The notes under the pieces were generated by a model. That model was not told the origin of the DNA, made no database searches, and saw nothing but the letters and a program-made list of their open reading frames with translations. Shown here in pieces: positions 1-9,785 of a stretch of DNA of 64,000 bases (positions are counted from its first letter, which is position 1; each line of letters starts with the position of its first letter). Source of the stretch: Myxococcota bacterium (GTDB lineage: Bacteria; Myxococcota_A; Bradymonadia; UBA7976; UBA1532); NCBI GenBank assembly GCA_036337435.1, contig JAYZEG010000058.1, positions 128,001 to 192,000 on the forward strand, in the 5' to 3' direction. A program made the position numbers and the translations under genes.

Positions 1-1
1 G

Positions 2-1474
2 AAGGTCTCGCAAGATTGCACTGCGTTCGATAGTGTCTATGTCCGCGTGCAAGTATCGAACGGCGAGACCTAACCCCTGATAGTAGTCGGTCAGGTCCTC
101 GGCCATTCTTTTCGTTAAAGTTGTGACGAGAACTCTAAACGAACCAGATACCGCATCTCGAATTTCGCCGAGTAAGTCATCCACCTGGTCGGTCGCCGGG
201 CGAACCTCGACTTCTGGATCGACGAGGCCTGTCGGCCTGATCAGCTGCTCGATAACAACGCCGTGGCTCTGCTCGAGTTCGTATTGGGCTGGTGTCGCTG
301 AGACAAAGATCACCTGGTTCTGAGTCTCGACAAATTCGTCGAACTTCAACGGGCGATTATCGAGTGCTGAGGGCAACCTAAACCCATGTTCAACCAAACT
401 ACTCTTTCGAGACCTATCGCCACGATACATGCCGCCGACTTGTGGAATTGAGACATGACTTTCGTCGACAAACAAAAGCCAATCCGATGGAAAATAATCG
501 AGTAAGCATGGCGGCGGCTCACCTTCTGAGCGCCCGGTTAGATAGCGGGAATAGTTTTCAATCCCTGAACAATGTCCAATTTGCTCAATCTGCTCCAGAT
601 CGAATAGCGTTCTTTGCTCAAGGCGCTGAGCTTCCAGCAAGCGCTCATCCGCCTTTAACTCCTGGAGCCTTTCTCTGAGTTCATCCCGTATCAAGTGGGT
701 TGCTTCTGCGAGTCGGTTCTGACCGACCACGTAATGGCTACCAGGGTAAACCGCGACCTTATCGAGTTTGTCAATGATCCGTCCGCGGAGCGGATCGATC
801 GTATAAATGCCATCAACCTCGTCTCCGAAGAATTCAATCCGAATCGCTTCAGTGTCTTCATGAACGGGAAAGACTTCTAATACATCTCCGCGAACACGGA
901 AGACACCTCGATGAAAATCGTAGTCGTTTCTTGCGTATTGAATCTCGACTAGTTTGGCCAGAACATCATCGCGGTCGATTTGTTGGCCATGTTCTAAAAC
1001 CAGTAATTGGTCGTAATATGCTTCGGCACTACCAAGGCCATATATACAGCTGACACTCGCCACAATGATGACGTCTCGACGTTCCAGTAGGGCACGTGTC
1101 GCAGCATGCCGTAAACGATCAATTTCATCATTTATCTTCGCGTCTTTCTCGATATATGTATCGGTGGTCGGCACATAAGCTTCAGGCTGATAATAATCAT
1201 AATAACTCACAAAATACTGGACCGAGTTATTGGGAAACAAATGGCGCAATTCCCCATACAACTGGGCGGCCAAGGTCTTGTTATGGGCGAGGATCAGAGA
1301 TGGACGCTGTGTCTCAGCGATAACGTTCGCCATGGTGAAGGTCTTACCAGACCCTGTGACACCCAATAAGACCTGAGACCGAGTCCCCCGATTAAGGCCT
1401 GTGACCAGCTGAGCAATGGCTTGCGGCTGATCACCGCTCGGCGAATGAGGGGAGACAAGGTCGAATGATTTCAT
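2..1474 (-). CDS. uvrB: Excinuclease ABC subunit B, 5' part only (runs off the left edge)
   Basis: Not in the ORF track; translated by hand. ATG at 1474 overlaps the cysS stop (ATGA). It reads [20 protein letters not shown]...[16 protein letters not shown], then [31 protein letters not shown] and [13 protein letters not shown], all UvrB motifs. Confidence 0.97.
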   Translation of the reverse strand, partial: MKSFDLVSPHSPSGDQPQAIAQLVTGLNRGTRSQVLLGVTGSGKTFTMANVIAETQRPSLILAHNKTLAAQLYGELRHLFPNNSVQYFVSYYDYYQPEAYVPTTDTYIEKDAKINDEIDRLRHAATRALLERRDVIIVASVSCIYGLGSAEAYYDQLLVLEHGQQIDRDDVLAKLVEIQYARNDYDFHRGVFRVRGDVLEVFPVHEDTEAIRIEFFGDEVDGIYTIDPLRGRIIDKLDKVAVYPGSHYVVGQNRLAEATHLIRDELRERLQELKADERLLEAQRLEQRTLFDLEQIEQIGHCSGIENYSRYLTGRSEGEPPPCLLDYFPSDWLLFVDESHVSIPQVGGMYRGDRSRKSSLVEHGFRLPSALDNRPLKFDEFVETQNQVIFVSATPAQYELEQSHGVVIEQLIRPTGLVDPEVEVRPATDQVDDLLGEIRDAVSGSFRVLVTTLTKRMAEDLTDYYQGLGLAVRYLHADIDTIERSAILRDL

Positions 1475-2970
1475 TCAGCCTCGGTGGTCTCGGCATCGAT
1501 AGACTCATCAATTGACCAGTCTGTTCCACCAGGACGGTCCATTAAAATGACGCCCAGGCTCTCTAGTTCGTCCCGAATTTGATCCGCCATGGCCCAGTCT
1601 CTTGCTGTGCGGGCTGCAATTCGTTTTGAAATTTGTCTTTCGATTAACTCGATGGAAATTCCTAATCGCATTGCCGCCTTTGTTCGGTGACGCAATAAGT
1701 ACGCTCTCGGCTCTTCACCAAATAAGTTGAGAACGCTGTCCATGCTCCTGAGCTCGTCCAGGAGGCATTGAGCCGAAGCGACCGCAGCAGGCAACGCTGC
1801 TTTCTTTTTCACGGAGACATACTCGTTGAGATACCTAAATAATTCGGAAATCAACTCCATGGCCTTCACGACGCTGAAGTCATCGTCCATCGCATCTCGG
1901 AATCGACCAGAAATGCCATCGATAAAGTCTTGATCTTTGGTCAAACTACCCATGGCGTCTGCGTTCACTTCGACAAAATCTTTCGCTTTTCTCAGCGACT
2001 CGTAAAAGTAGGCCATCCGTGCCGATGCTTCGTCCAATAGGGTGTCGCAGAAGTTCATCGGGTTACGATAATGAGTCGCACACATCAAGAAATACCGCAG
2101 AACGAGTGGTTCGTACCGCTGCAAAATATCTCGCACATTGAAGACGTTACCAATGGATTTAGACATCTTCTGCTGATCAATATTTATAAAACCATTGTGC
2201 ATCCAATAGTTGACATAGCGGCAACCCGATGCAGCTTCAGACTGGGCAATTTCGTTTTCGTGATGAGGAAAAATGAGGTCACGTCCACCGCAATGAATAT
2301 CGAACGTAGGACCCAAATGAGCCATGCTCATGGCTGAGCATTCGATGTGCCAGCCGGGCCGCCCTGGGCCCCATGGACTCGGCCAATTGATTTCACCGTC
2401 CTTAGTGGATTTCCACAGAGCAAAATCCATTGGGTTGCGCTTCCGGGTGTCGACGTCGACTCGGGCACCAGCCATCATGTCGTCCAGTGGACGCTTACTC
2501 AGGCATCCATAGTTTTCAAATTTGGCAACCTCAAAAAAGACATCCCCGTCAACTGAATACGCTAAACCACGGTCTTCAAGAGATTGAACGAGTGCGATGA
2601 TGTCATCGATCGATGTGCTGACCCGAGGTTCGTGATCTGGACGGGCAATACAAAGCGCATCCATGTCTTCATAAAACGCCTGAATATTCTCTTCGGCGAG
2701 CTCCAATGGATCAACGTCTCGTTTTGCAGCCTCGTTGATAATCTTGTCATCTACATCAGTAAAATTTCGAACGTAGGTGACATCAAATCCCCGATATTGG
2801 AAATACCGATAGACGACATCCCAGGCGACGTAACATCGGGCATGCCCAAGATGTGAAAGCGCGTAGGGCGTAATGCCACAGACGTACATTTTGACAGAGT
2901 TTTCTTCGATAGGAACGAATTCCCGCTTGGAGCCACTCAAGGAATCGTAAATTGTTACCGCCACAATCAT
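1471..2970 (-). CDS. cysS: Cysteine--tRNA ligase
   Basis: [13 protein letters not shown]-like [39 protein letters not shown] and KMSKS. Confidence 0.98.
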   Translation of the reverse strand: MIVAVTIYDSLSGSKREFVPIEENSVKMYVCGITPYALSHLGHARCYVAWDVVYRYFQYRGFDVTYVRNFTDVDDKIINEAAKRDVDPLELAEENIQAFYEDMDALCIARPDHEPRVSTSIDDIIALVQSLEDRGLAYSVDGDVFFEVAKFENYGCLSKRPLDDMMAGARVDVDTRKRNPMDFALWKSTKDGEINWPSPWGPGRPGWHIECSAMSMAHLGPTFDIHCGGRDLIFPHHENEIAQSEAASGCRYVNYWMHNGFINIDQQKMSKSIGNVFNVRDILQRYEPLVLRYFLMCATHYRNPMNFCDTLLDEASARMAYFYESLRKAKDFVEVNADAMGSLTKDQDFIDGISGRFRDAMDDDFSVVKAMELISELFRYLNEYVSVKKKAALPAAVASAQCLLDELRSMDSVLNLFGEEPRAYLLRHRTKAAMRLGISIELIERQISKRIAARTARDWAMADQIRDELESLGVILMDRPGGTDWSIDESIDAETTEAE

Positions 2971-3167
2971 TCTCCCGAAATAAACGCGCTGATGTTCAAT
3001 ATAAAAGCCATTATACTAAACACAGACGGAAATATAGCCAATGATATTCTCGATATTGGACTGTTGAAAGCTTACCAAGGCATTTGGATCCATTGACCAA
3101 GCTACGCCTCCGTGTGAAACTTTATCGACCTTGTTAGAGAAAACCTCACATCGGAGTATTCAATTCT

Positions 3168-4319
3168 ATGATTCCGTGTCCTACATGCGAGTTCATAAAT
3201 GAAGAAGGCACGGCTTTCTGTATCCAGTGCGGACATGATTTCACGTCGACTCCAAATCCGATGAGTCCGGAACAGACAGAGGCTAAAGACGAAGCAGGCG
3301 CAAGGTCCGAAACAATACCTCAGACGGATTCTGAAGGGGCTGCGGCCGACGGTCCGGACGCAGGCCTGTCTGAAGAGGTCAATGAAGACGCCGATGATGC
3401 CAACCAATCAAACCGGACAAGCACAGATTCCGACCAGAATCGGCCCAGCGACCCAATGGATTTAGCGGAGAGTCGTACCGGTAAAAACACAAATGCTGTG
3501 GCACCGGATGTCTCTGAGCCGATCAATGCTGGCTCAGCCCCGAACGACAGTGAGGGGAGCCAAGTTGACGTAAGAGCGAACTTGGATGTTGTTTTGAGTA
3601 CCGAGGACGAAAAAGGCGACCAGATCGCCTATGATGCGGGCCCGGCCCCTGAGCCGGCAGAGGGACGTGAAGTCAGGTCTGATTCGGATAAATCGAGCCT
3701 GGTGAAACCCGAAATCGATGCTATCGAACCATCAGCTAACGGGCCGGCTGACCAAGAATCGACTGCCCAAAAAACCGAAGACACAGTGAATGTGGACGCT
3801 GGACAACCTGCCCAAGAGGCAAATATGAGCAGGTCTGGAGCGCAGAAACACCAAAAGGACGACGGTGCTGCCGATTCAATGGCCGAGGGCGAATTCGTCT
3901 CGGCGATAGAACGTGAAACGATTGCCGACAATGAAAACATGAATCGCGATCCACTGGCGTCACTACCACCGCCACCTGCATCAAGTGCCGTCTCACCGCT
4001 TCAATTCGCTGATTCTGGTGAAGCTGCATTCGGTGAACGTTGGTGGCTGAAGCCAAGTGCCGCGGTACCGGCCGCTGGTGATAAGATTGCGCAAACGGCC
4101 CCAATCGACGTCGTCGAGGACTTTCAGACAGAGGGAGATGACCAAACCGACCCGAAGATAAATCGTCCGGCTCATATCCCTACGAGAGCTGCGGCTGAGA
4201 TTGATCGTCGACGATTCGAGGAGTTACCAACTGTATCTGAGACAGAGCGTAAACCGCTCGCTCTGATAATCGGTCTCGTTCTCGGCATCGCTGTCCTCTT
4301 ATTTGCAGCTTTGAAGTGA
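3168..4319 (+). CDS. Zinc-ribbon protein with long acidic disordered linker and C-terminal membrane anchor (hypothetical)
   Basis: N-terminal CPTC-x10-CIQCG, a D/E/S/A/P-rich low-complexity body, and a hydrophobic C-terminus (LALIIGLVLGIAVLLFAALK). Confidence 0.8.
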   Translation: MIPCPTCEFINEEGTAFCIQCGHDFTSTPNPMSPEQTEAKDEAGARSETIPQTDSEGAAADGPDAGLSEEVNEDADDANQSNRTSTDSDQNRPSDPMDLAESRTGKNTNAVAPDVSEPINAGSAPNDSEGSQVDVRANLDVVLSTEDEKGDQIAYDAGPAPEPAEGREVRSDSDKSSLVKPEIDAIEPSANGPADQESTAQKTEDTVNVDAGQPAQEANMSRSGAQKHQKDDGAADSMAEGEFVSAIERETIADNENMNRDPLASLPPPPASSAVSPLQFADSGEAAFGERWWLKPSAAVPAAGDKIAQTAPIDVVEDFQTEGDDQTDPKINRPAHIPTRAAAEIDRRRFEELPTVSETERKPLALIIGLVLGIAVLLFAALK

Positions 4320-4334
4320 AGGGAGAGATAGCAG

Positions 4335-4823
4335 GTGAGTCAAGGACGGCCATGTACAGAGTCCCATGTCATTATGACCGAGATGGTGTTGCCACCTGAT
4401 ACGAATCATCACGGTACGGTCTTCGGAGGTCGCGTCCTTCAGTGGATTGACATCGCCGGCGCAATTTCGGCACGTCGGCATAGCAAAAGTAAAGTCGTCA
4501 CTGCAAGCATCGACGACATGCATTTTTTGATTCCAATTGGGCTCGGGGACACCGTCGTCATTAAAGCCTCGGTGAATTACACTCATCGAACATCAATGGA
4601 GGTCGGCGTGCGAGTCGAACGGGAGCCTCCCAGTTGCGAGATGCGGGAGCATGCAGCGACGGCCTATCTTACATTTGTGGCCATCGATGATGATGGACAG
4701 CCGATGGAAATCCCTCCGGTACAACCGATGACCGACGAAGAGAAAAGACGTTTTGAGGATGCGTCTACCAGGCGCAAATTTCGCTTGCAGAGGCGGCGTC
4801 TACTCAAAGAACGGCGAGGATAA
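4335..4823 (+). CDS. Acyl-CoA thioesterase, hotdog fold (YciA family)
   Basis: VLPPDTNHHGTVFGGRVLQWID, VVTASID, RTSMEVGV and YLTFVAID. Confidence 0.92.
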   Translation: MSQGRPCTESHVIMTEMVLPPDTNHHGTVFGGRVLQWIDIAGAISARRHSKSKVVTASIDDMHFLIPIGLGDTVVIKASVNYTHRTSMEVGVRVEREPPSCEMREHAATAYLTFVAIDDDGQPMEIPPVQPMTDEEKRRFEDASTRRKFRLQRRRLLKERRG

Positions 4824-4825
4824 AA

Positions 4826-5737
4826 GTGAATCGCTTGAAATTGCCGAGAGCAGCTGGTCAGAGGCCTGTTGTTCGCGTCGTTCTACCAGCCGGTCCCTTA
4901 ACTCGACATGAATCTGATTTCTATGCCGGGTTAAGCAAACTAGAAGCCTATGGATGCGAGGTCCGCTGGGATGATAGCCGCGTGGACGATGATTGGAGGG
5001 GCTATCTCAGTGGACCCGATTTCAAGAGATTGGAAGAAGTCTGTTCAGCATTTACAGAACCAGATGTTGATATCGTCTGGTGTGGTCGCGGGGGCAGCGG
5101 GTGCAACCGGATTGCAGACCCATTGTTGCAGTATGCAAAAACCCTTACGGTGCCAAAGTGTTTGATTGGTTTTTCAGATGTAACAGCCCTTCTGAACCCT
5201 CTGTGCCAGACGCTCGGGTGGGTGGCTTTTCATGGCCCTGTCATCACCAGCTTGGCAAAGGGTGACATCAACACCGACATCGACGAAATACTGAATGTTC
5301 TCAGAGGAGAGCAAACGGAGTTGATACTTCCTGTACCGTTCCAAAGGCCAGCCCTCCGAGGCCGTTTGTTAGGTGGAAATCTAACTGTACTCGCCAGCAT
5401 GATCGGTACGCCAACAGCACCTCGGCCGGCAGCCGATACCATTTGGCTCTTGGAGGATGTCGGAGAGTCGCCCTACCGAATCGATCGCGCTTTCGATCAG
5501 CTAAAGCGTGCCGGTTTGTTTAAGGATGCATGCGCCATCTGGCTGGGAGATTTGGGCTTACCAGATCAAGAGAGTGAGATGCAGATGGCCGCTCAGATTC
5601 GAGAGGATGCCCCGTGTCCTGTTTTGCTTAATGCGCCCGCAGGTCATCGTGCCAACCTCAGCCCATTACCCCTGGGTGCAACGGTGGAGCTTTGTCGCGG
5701 ACGGCTTCGTGCTCAACACCCTTGGGTCGCCCGATGA
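4826..5737 (+). CDS. ldcA: LD-carboxypeptidase (peptidase S66)
   Basis: GRGGSG, GFSDVT (catalytic Ser), FHGP, GGNLTVL, LLEDVGE (Glu) and C-terminal AGH (His). Confidence 0.9.
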   Translation: MNRLKLPRAAGQRPVVRVVLPAGPLTRHESDFYAGLSKLEAYGCEVRWDDSRVDDDWRGYLSGPDFKRLEEVCSAFTEPDVDIVWCGRGGSGCNRIADPLLQYAKTLTVPKCLIGFSDVTALLNPLCQTLGWVAFHGPVITSLAKGDINTDIDEILNVLRGEQTELILPVPFQRPALRGRLLGGNLTVLASMIGTPTAPRPAADTIWLLEDVGESPYRIDRAFDQLKRAGLFKDACAIWLGDLGLPDQESEMQMAAQIREDAPCPVLLNAPAGHRANLSPLPLGATVELCRGRLRAQHPWVAR

Positions 5738-6834
5738 GTACAGCCCATGAAATTGAAAAGGCCATTGACGCGGCCTGTTTGGCGGGCACTGCACCGTCGG
5801 TAGCATTCGCGATTTCCCAGGGTGATGCACCGCCTTACCTCTGGTATGGCGGTCGACATGATCATACGGCGGACTCTGAAACAACCAATCAAGATTCGAT
5901 CTTTGATTTGGCGTCTCTGACCAAACCTCTCACCACCACCTTGTGGTGCCTGCGATTAGTCAATGCTGGGCTGCTACATCTCGACGACACACTGGGTACG
6001 TATCTACCGGTCATCAATCAGCAACTTCGTTCAACGCCACTGTGGAGACTCCTTATACATCAAGGTGCCATCTGCGCTCATCGTGAATATTATCAGGGGT
6101 TTACACATGATGATCCCCGCCTTCAAGATCGTCTAGACGTAAAGAGGGCTATCCGAAAGAAGCTTGCCGCCGAACAAGCAATATACATGCCTCAACTATT
6201 TGAAATGTATACAGATTTAGGATATATGATGATCGAATGGATCTGTGAAATTGCCTCCGGAGTCGAGCTCTCGACGGCCTGGCGGGATTTACCGGGTCAT
6301 GGCTATGATACTCTCCATTTTCGACCCTTACCTGATGACGGTCACAAAGGACATTACGTGGCCACCGAGCAATGCCCTTGGCGGAGGAGACTGATCCAGG
6401 GTGAGGTACATGATGACAACGCTTGGATCATGGGTGGGGTCTGCGGTCATGCAGGGCTTTTTGGCACATTGAAATCGGTTCATACTGCCGCGTACCAATG
6501 GCTCCGACTCACAACAAACCGGTCCAACAAACTGGGTATTGGGCCAGAATTGGCTCGGTTGGCGTTCGGGCCATCACAATATGTTCGCGATAGCAGCAGA
6601 TTTTTTGGATGGGATCGAAGGACCCCTGGCCGAAGTACGTCAGGGCAATATTTTGGCCCGCTGAGTTTTGGTCATCTTGGCTTCACAGGGACAAGTATTT
6701 GGATTGATCCCGTGCAGGAGTTGGTTGCTGTGTTACTGACGAATCGGGTTTGTCCATCGCGTGATAACCCGTTGATAAAGAGTTTTCGGCCGGCACTCCA
6801 TGACCTGGCATTTAAAATGCTCCAGAACAAGTAG
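5734..6834 (+). CDS. Serine hydrolase, beta-lactamase/AmiE-like family
   Basis: FDLASLTK (SxxK), YTDLGY, GEVHDDNAW, GHAGLF, FGHLGFTGTSIWIDP and LLTNRV. ATG at 5734 overlaps the ldcA stop. Confidence 0.9.
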   Translation: MSTAHEIEKAIDAACLAGTAPSVAFAISQGDAPPYLWYGGRHDHTADSETTNQDSIFDLASLTKPLTTTLWCLRLVNAGLLHLDDTLGTYLPVINQQLRSTPLWRLLIHQGAICAHREYYQGFTHDDPRLQDRLDVKRAIRKKLAAEQAIYMPQLFEMYTDLGYMMIEWICEIASGVELSTAWRDLPGHGYDTLHFRPLPDDGHKGHYVATEQCPWRRRLIQGEVHDDNAWIMGGVCGHAGLFGTLKSVHTAAYQWLRLTTNRSNKLGIGPELARLAFGPSQYVRDSSRFFGWDRRTPGRSTSGQYFGPLSFGHLGFTGTSIWIDPVQELVAVLLTNRVCPSRDNPLIKSFRPALHDLAFKMLQNK

Positions 6835-6842
6835 GACTTCGG

Positions 6843-7640
6843 ATGACGACATCACTAGACAAAGAACTGACAGTCGCTGAGGCTGCCGCACGCGCAGCCG
6901 GCAAGCACATTATGACGTTTTGGAACCAAGATGTTGAAATGGAATATAAAGGCGAGGTGGACCTAGTAAGCCACGTTGACCGTGGGGCAGAGCAAATCAT
7001 ATTGAGTCATCTCCACGACGCATTTCCTGCCGATTGCATCGTCGGTGAAGAAGGCGATGGGCATAGCAATAGTTCGAATCGAGTCTGGTTTGTCGATCCG
7101 TTAGATGGCACAACCAATTTCGCACATGGAATCCCACACTTTTGCGTTTCTATTGGCTTGGTCATCGACGACGTACCTAGTCTGGGTGTGGTTTATGATC
7201 CGACGAGAGACTTTTTATTCGTCGGCGATCTTGAGCTGGGGGCCAGTCTGAATGGAAAGTCCATTTATGTCTCGGAGACCGAGGTACTCGGACAAAGTTT
7301 GATGGCCACTGGATTTCCCTATGACCGTCGCACCAACCCAAATAACAACATGGACCGTGCAAGCCACATTATACGTCATTGTCAAGGTCTGCGACGAGCT
7401 GGTGCTGCGGCACTTGACCTGGCCTATGTCGCGGCCGGTTGGCTCGATGGGTATTGGGAAGATAGATTACATCCATGGGATGTGGCTGCGGGCATTGCCC
7501 TGGTCCGGGCCGCTGGAGGTCACGTAACCGATTTTCAAGGGCTGTGTGTGAGCGTTACAGACGGGCGTTGTGTAGCCACCAACGGTCTAATTCATCGGGA
7601 ACTCATTGAACAAATTCACGTTGGTTCACAGAACGAATAG
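6843..7640 (+). CDS. suhB: Inositol monophosphatase family protein SuhB
   Basis: GEE, WFVDPLDGTTNFAHG, TGFPY, GAAALDLAYVA and WDVAAG. Confidence 0.94.
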   Translation: MTTSLDKELTVAEAAARAAGKHIMTFWNQDVEMEYKGEVDLVSHVDRGAEQIILSHLHDAFPADCIVGEEGDGHSNSSNRVWFVDPLDGTTNFAHGIPHFCVSIGLVIDDVPSLGVVYDPTRDFLFVGDLELGASLNGKSIYVSETEVLGQSLMATGFPYDRRTNPNNNMDRASHIIRHCQGLRRAGAAALDLAYVAAGWLDGYWEDRLHPWDVAAGIALVRAAGGHVTDFQGLCVSVTDGRCVATNGLIHRELIEQIHVGSQNE

Positions 7641-7650
7641 GACGGACAAT

Positions 7651-7666
7651 TGTTTCACGTTTTACA
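7651..7666. promoter_or_regulatory. Degenerate parS-like site
   Basis: TGTTTCACGTTTTACA matches the first 10 and last 3 bases of consensus TGTTTCACGTGAAACA (3 mismatches). It is intergenic upstream of rsmG, about 1.3 kb from parA. Confidence 0.45.
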
Positions 7667-7722
7667 TCAGGTCATGGCCCGTGGCTTATATTGGCCGCTG
7701 GAAAATAAAATGGAACCGGACC

Positions 7723-8346
7723 ATGCAGCGTTTTGATCACAGCCAACTTTTGGAGCAGGCGGGTCTAAATACGCGTCTCTCAAGTCGATCAATCGACTTA
7801 ATTGACCAATATTTCTCAGCTCGTGACCGCTGGAGCCGGACGCACAATGTGGCTGGACCTAAGGCACTCATGTCGCCTTATGAAGTCGATCTGGTTGACG
7901 CTGTGGCGTTAGCGGAATGTCTATCTGCATCAGACCCCTTAGTTGACGTAGGAACGGGGAGTGGCACCCCCGGTCTCTTGATCGCATGTCTGCGACCGGA
8001 GCAGCTGGTCATCTTAGTCGAACCAATCGCTAAGCGTACGGCTTTTCTGAGGCACGTCCGTCACGCATTGGGGCTGCCAAATGTTCAAGTGGTGCGCAGC
8101 CGGTGGCCCTGCACATTGTCTGCTGACGCCATTCAGATTGTCAGCCGAGCCGTCGTCGACCCAGAAGACTGGCCAGCCCTCGCAGTCCGAACGGAGGCAA
8201 AGATAACGTGCCTGTATCGTATGCTCGCAGCAAATAGACCGTCTATGACCTTAAGCGCCTGGAGATGTGTAAAAGAAGTTGACTATGAATTGCCAGCAAA
8301 AGGCTTGAGACGAATCGAATGCTGGCGTTTGCCGTCTGGTGGGTAA
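7723..8346 (+). CDS. rsmG: 16S rRNA m7G527 methyltransferase RsmG (GidB), divergent
   Basis: W..THNV, SAM motif VDVGTGSGTPG, LVEPIAKRTAFL and VSRA; located upstream of parAB. Start placed at ATG 7723. Confidence 0.88.
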   Translation: MQRFDHSQLLEQAGLNTRLSSRSIDLIDQYFSARDRWSRTHNVAGPKALMSPYEVDLVDAVALAECLSASDPLVDVGTGSGTPGLLIACLRPEQLVILVEPIAKRTAFLRHVRHALGLPNVQVVRSRWPCTLSADAIQIVSRAVVDPEDWPALAVRTEAKITCLYRMLAANRPSMTLSAWRCVKEVDYELPAKGLRRIECWRLPSGG

Positions 8347-8353
8347 GCTTGAA

Positions 8354-8848
8354 CTATTGGTTCCCAGTCATCTGAACCTGACCTTCGAAGTGAGCACCGC
8401 GCTCGATTACGAGGGCTTGAACCGATAATTCACCAACGACACGAGCAGTCTGCCGCAATTCTAGGGCACCACTTGTTGTGACCTTACCATTCACTTCGCC
8501 GCTGATGTCCGCTGAGGCGACGTTAACCGTACCATCGATGCGTGCTCCAGCGCTTACAACCAAGTGACCTGGAGAGTCAATGTCTCCAAAAAACTCGCCG
8601 TCGATTTGAACAGTGCCCTCGAAGGTTAATTTTCCTTCGAATCGGCAACCTTTACCGAGTAAAGCACCACCACGGCTTGAATTTGCTGCGGTCGAACGCT
8701 GCATATCCTCACGTCTCAGCAATGCGACTCCGGTGTCTTCCATTTGTGCATTCTCCACAGCTCTCTCCTTCGAAGTATCGGCGTCGACGACACCGACATC
8801 TGTACTTGTTTGGTTGATTCCGTCTTTATTATCCCGTCGTCCGAACAT
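8354..8848 (-). CDS. Bactofilin (polymer-forming cytoskeletal protein, DUF583)
   Basis: Beta-helix repeats LLGKGCRFEGKLTFEGTVQIDGEFFGDI...LVIERGAHFEGQVQM, and an N-terminal MFGRR peptide resembling bactofilin membrane-targeting motifs. Confidence 0.93.
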   Translation of the reverse strand: MFGRRDNKDGINQTSTDVGVVDADTSKERAVENAQMEDTGVALLRREDMQRSTAANSSRGGALLGKGCRFEGKLTFEGTVQIDGEFFGDIDSPGHLVVSAGARIDGTVNVASADISGEVNGKVTTSGALELRQTARVVGELSVQALVIERGAHFEGQVQMTGNQ

Positions 8849-8923
8849 TTTGAACTACTCACTTTCAATTCACAAGGGCGACTATCTCATACCAAGCAAA
8901 GATCCGCTATCAGAATTGCCGAA

Positions 8924-8939
8924 TGTTTCATGTGAAACA
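8924..8939. promoter_or_regulatory. parS centromere-like site
   Basis: TGTTTCATGTGAAACA, one mismatch from the palindromic consensus TGTTTCACGTGAAACA, 42 bp upstream of the parA ATG. Confidence 0.9.
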
Positions 8940-8981
8940 TCACTCTAGCGGCATTTGCTCGCATGTGGTAGACACCCGCCC

Positions 8982-9785
8982 ATGTCTACCTATACAATTT
9001 GCATCACCAATCAAAAAGGCGGCGTTGGTAAAACGACAACCGCCGTTAATCTAGCGGCCGGACTCGCCCTCGAGGACCAGGACACACTTCTAATCGATCT
9101 CGACCCACAGGGCAATGCCAGTAGTGGACTCGGTGTTGATACCAATACCATTAAAAGAGGTGTTTACCACACGCTAATCGGCATGGGCGATATAGATGAC
9201 ACCGCAATAAACTCCAAAGATATTAATCACTTAAGAATTTTGCCGGCCAACAGAGCCCTCTTCGGCGCAGAAGTTGAATTGGTCGATGCAATCTCACGCG
9301 AATACCGACTCAAAGAAGCCTTGGGGCGAATGCAGCGTCCCCCAAAATATGTCATTATTGATTGTCCGCCATCCCTAGGACTTTTGACCATCAATGCACT
9401 GACGGCGGCTCAATCAGCCTTGATACCGCTACAGACCGAATACTATGCGCTCGAAGGGCTCTCACAACTCACTAAAACGGTTCAACTCATCCAACGCCGA
9501 TTAAACCCAGAATTGCGCTTAGAGGGGATTCTTCTAACCATGTTTGATACAAGAAACAACCTATCGCATCAGGTTGCGACGGAGGTGAGAAGCCATTTCA
9601 AAGACGCTGTTTTCGACGTGGTCATTCCTCGAAATGTCCGCCTATCAGAAAGTCCATCTTTCGGAAAGCCAATCTATCATTACGACCAGGCGTCCAGAGG
9701 TGCAAAAGCGTATCGAAAGCTGGCGCAATTGGTCATCGACCGTCACGGCCTCAGTTCAGCAAGAAAAGGAAATCAAAACCGATGA
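8982..9785 (+). CDS. parA: Chromosome partitioning ATPase ParA/Soj
   Basis: Deviant Walker A NQKGGVGKTT, DLDPQGNA, IDCPPSLG, EYYALEG and IPRNVRLSESPS. Confidence 0.97.
   Translation: MSTYTICITNQKGGVGKTTTAVNLAAGLALEDQDTLLIDLDPQGNASSGLGVDTNTIKRGVYHTLIGMGDIDDTAINSKDINHLRILPANRALFGAEVELVDAISREYRLKEALGRMQRPPKYVIIDCPPSLGLLTINALTAAQSALIPLQTEYYALEGLSQLTKTVQLIQRRLNPELRLEGILLTMFDTRNNLSHQVATEVRSHFKDAVFDVVIPRNVRLSESPSFGKPIYHYDQASRGAKAYRKLAQLVIDRHGLSSARKGNQNR

Noticed and set aside
123..1323. Short plus-strand ORFs at the left edge
   Set aside because: Antisense to uvrB, which the ORF track missed because it runs off the window.
5734..6834. Beta-lactam resistance gene
   Set aside because: No signal peptide; motifs and the ldcA linkage fit a cytoplasmic serine hydrolase rather than AmpC.
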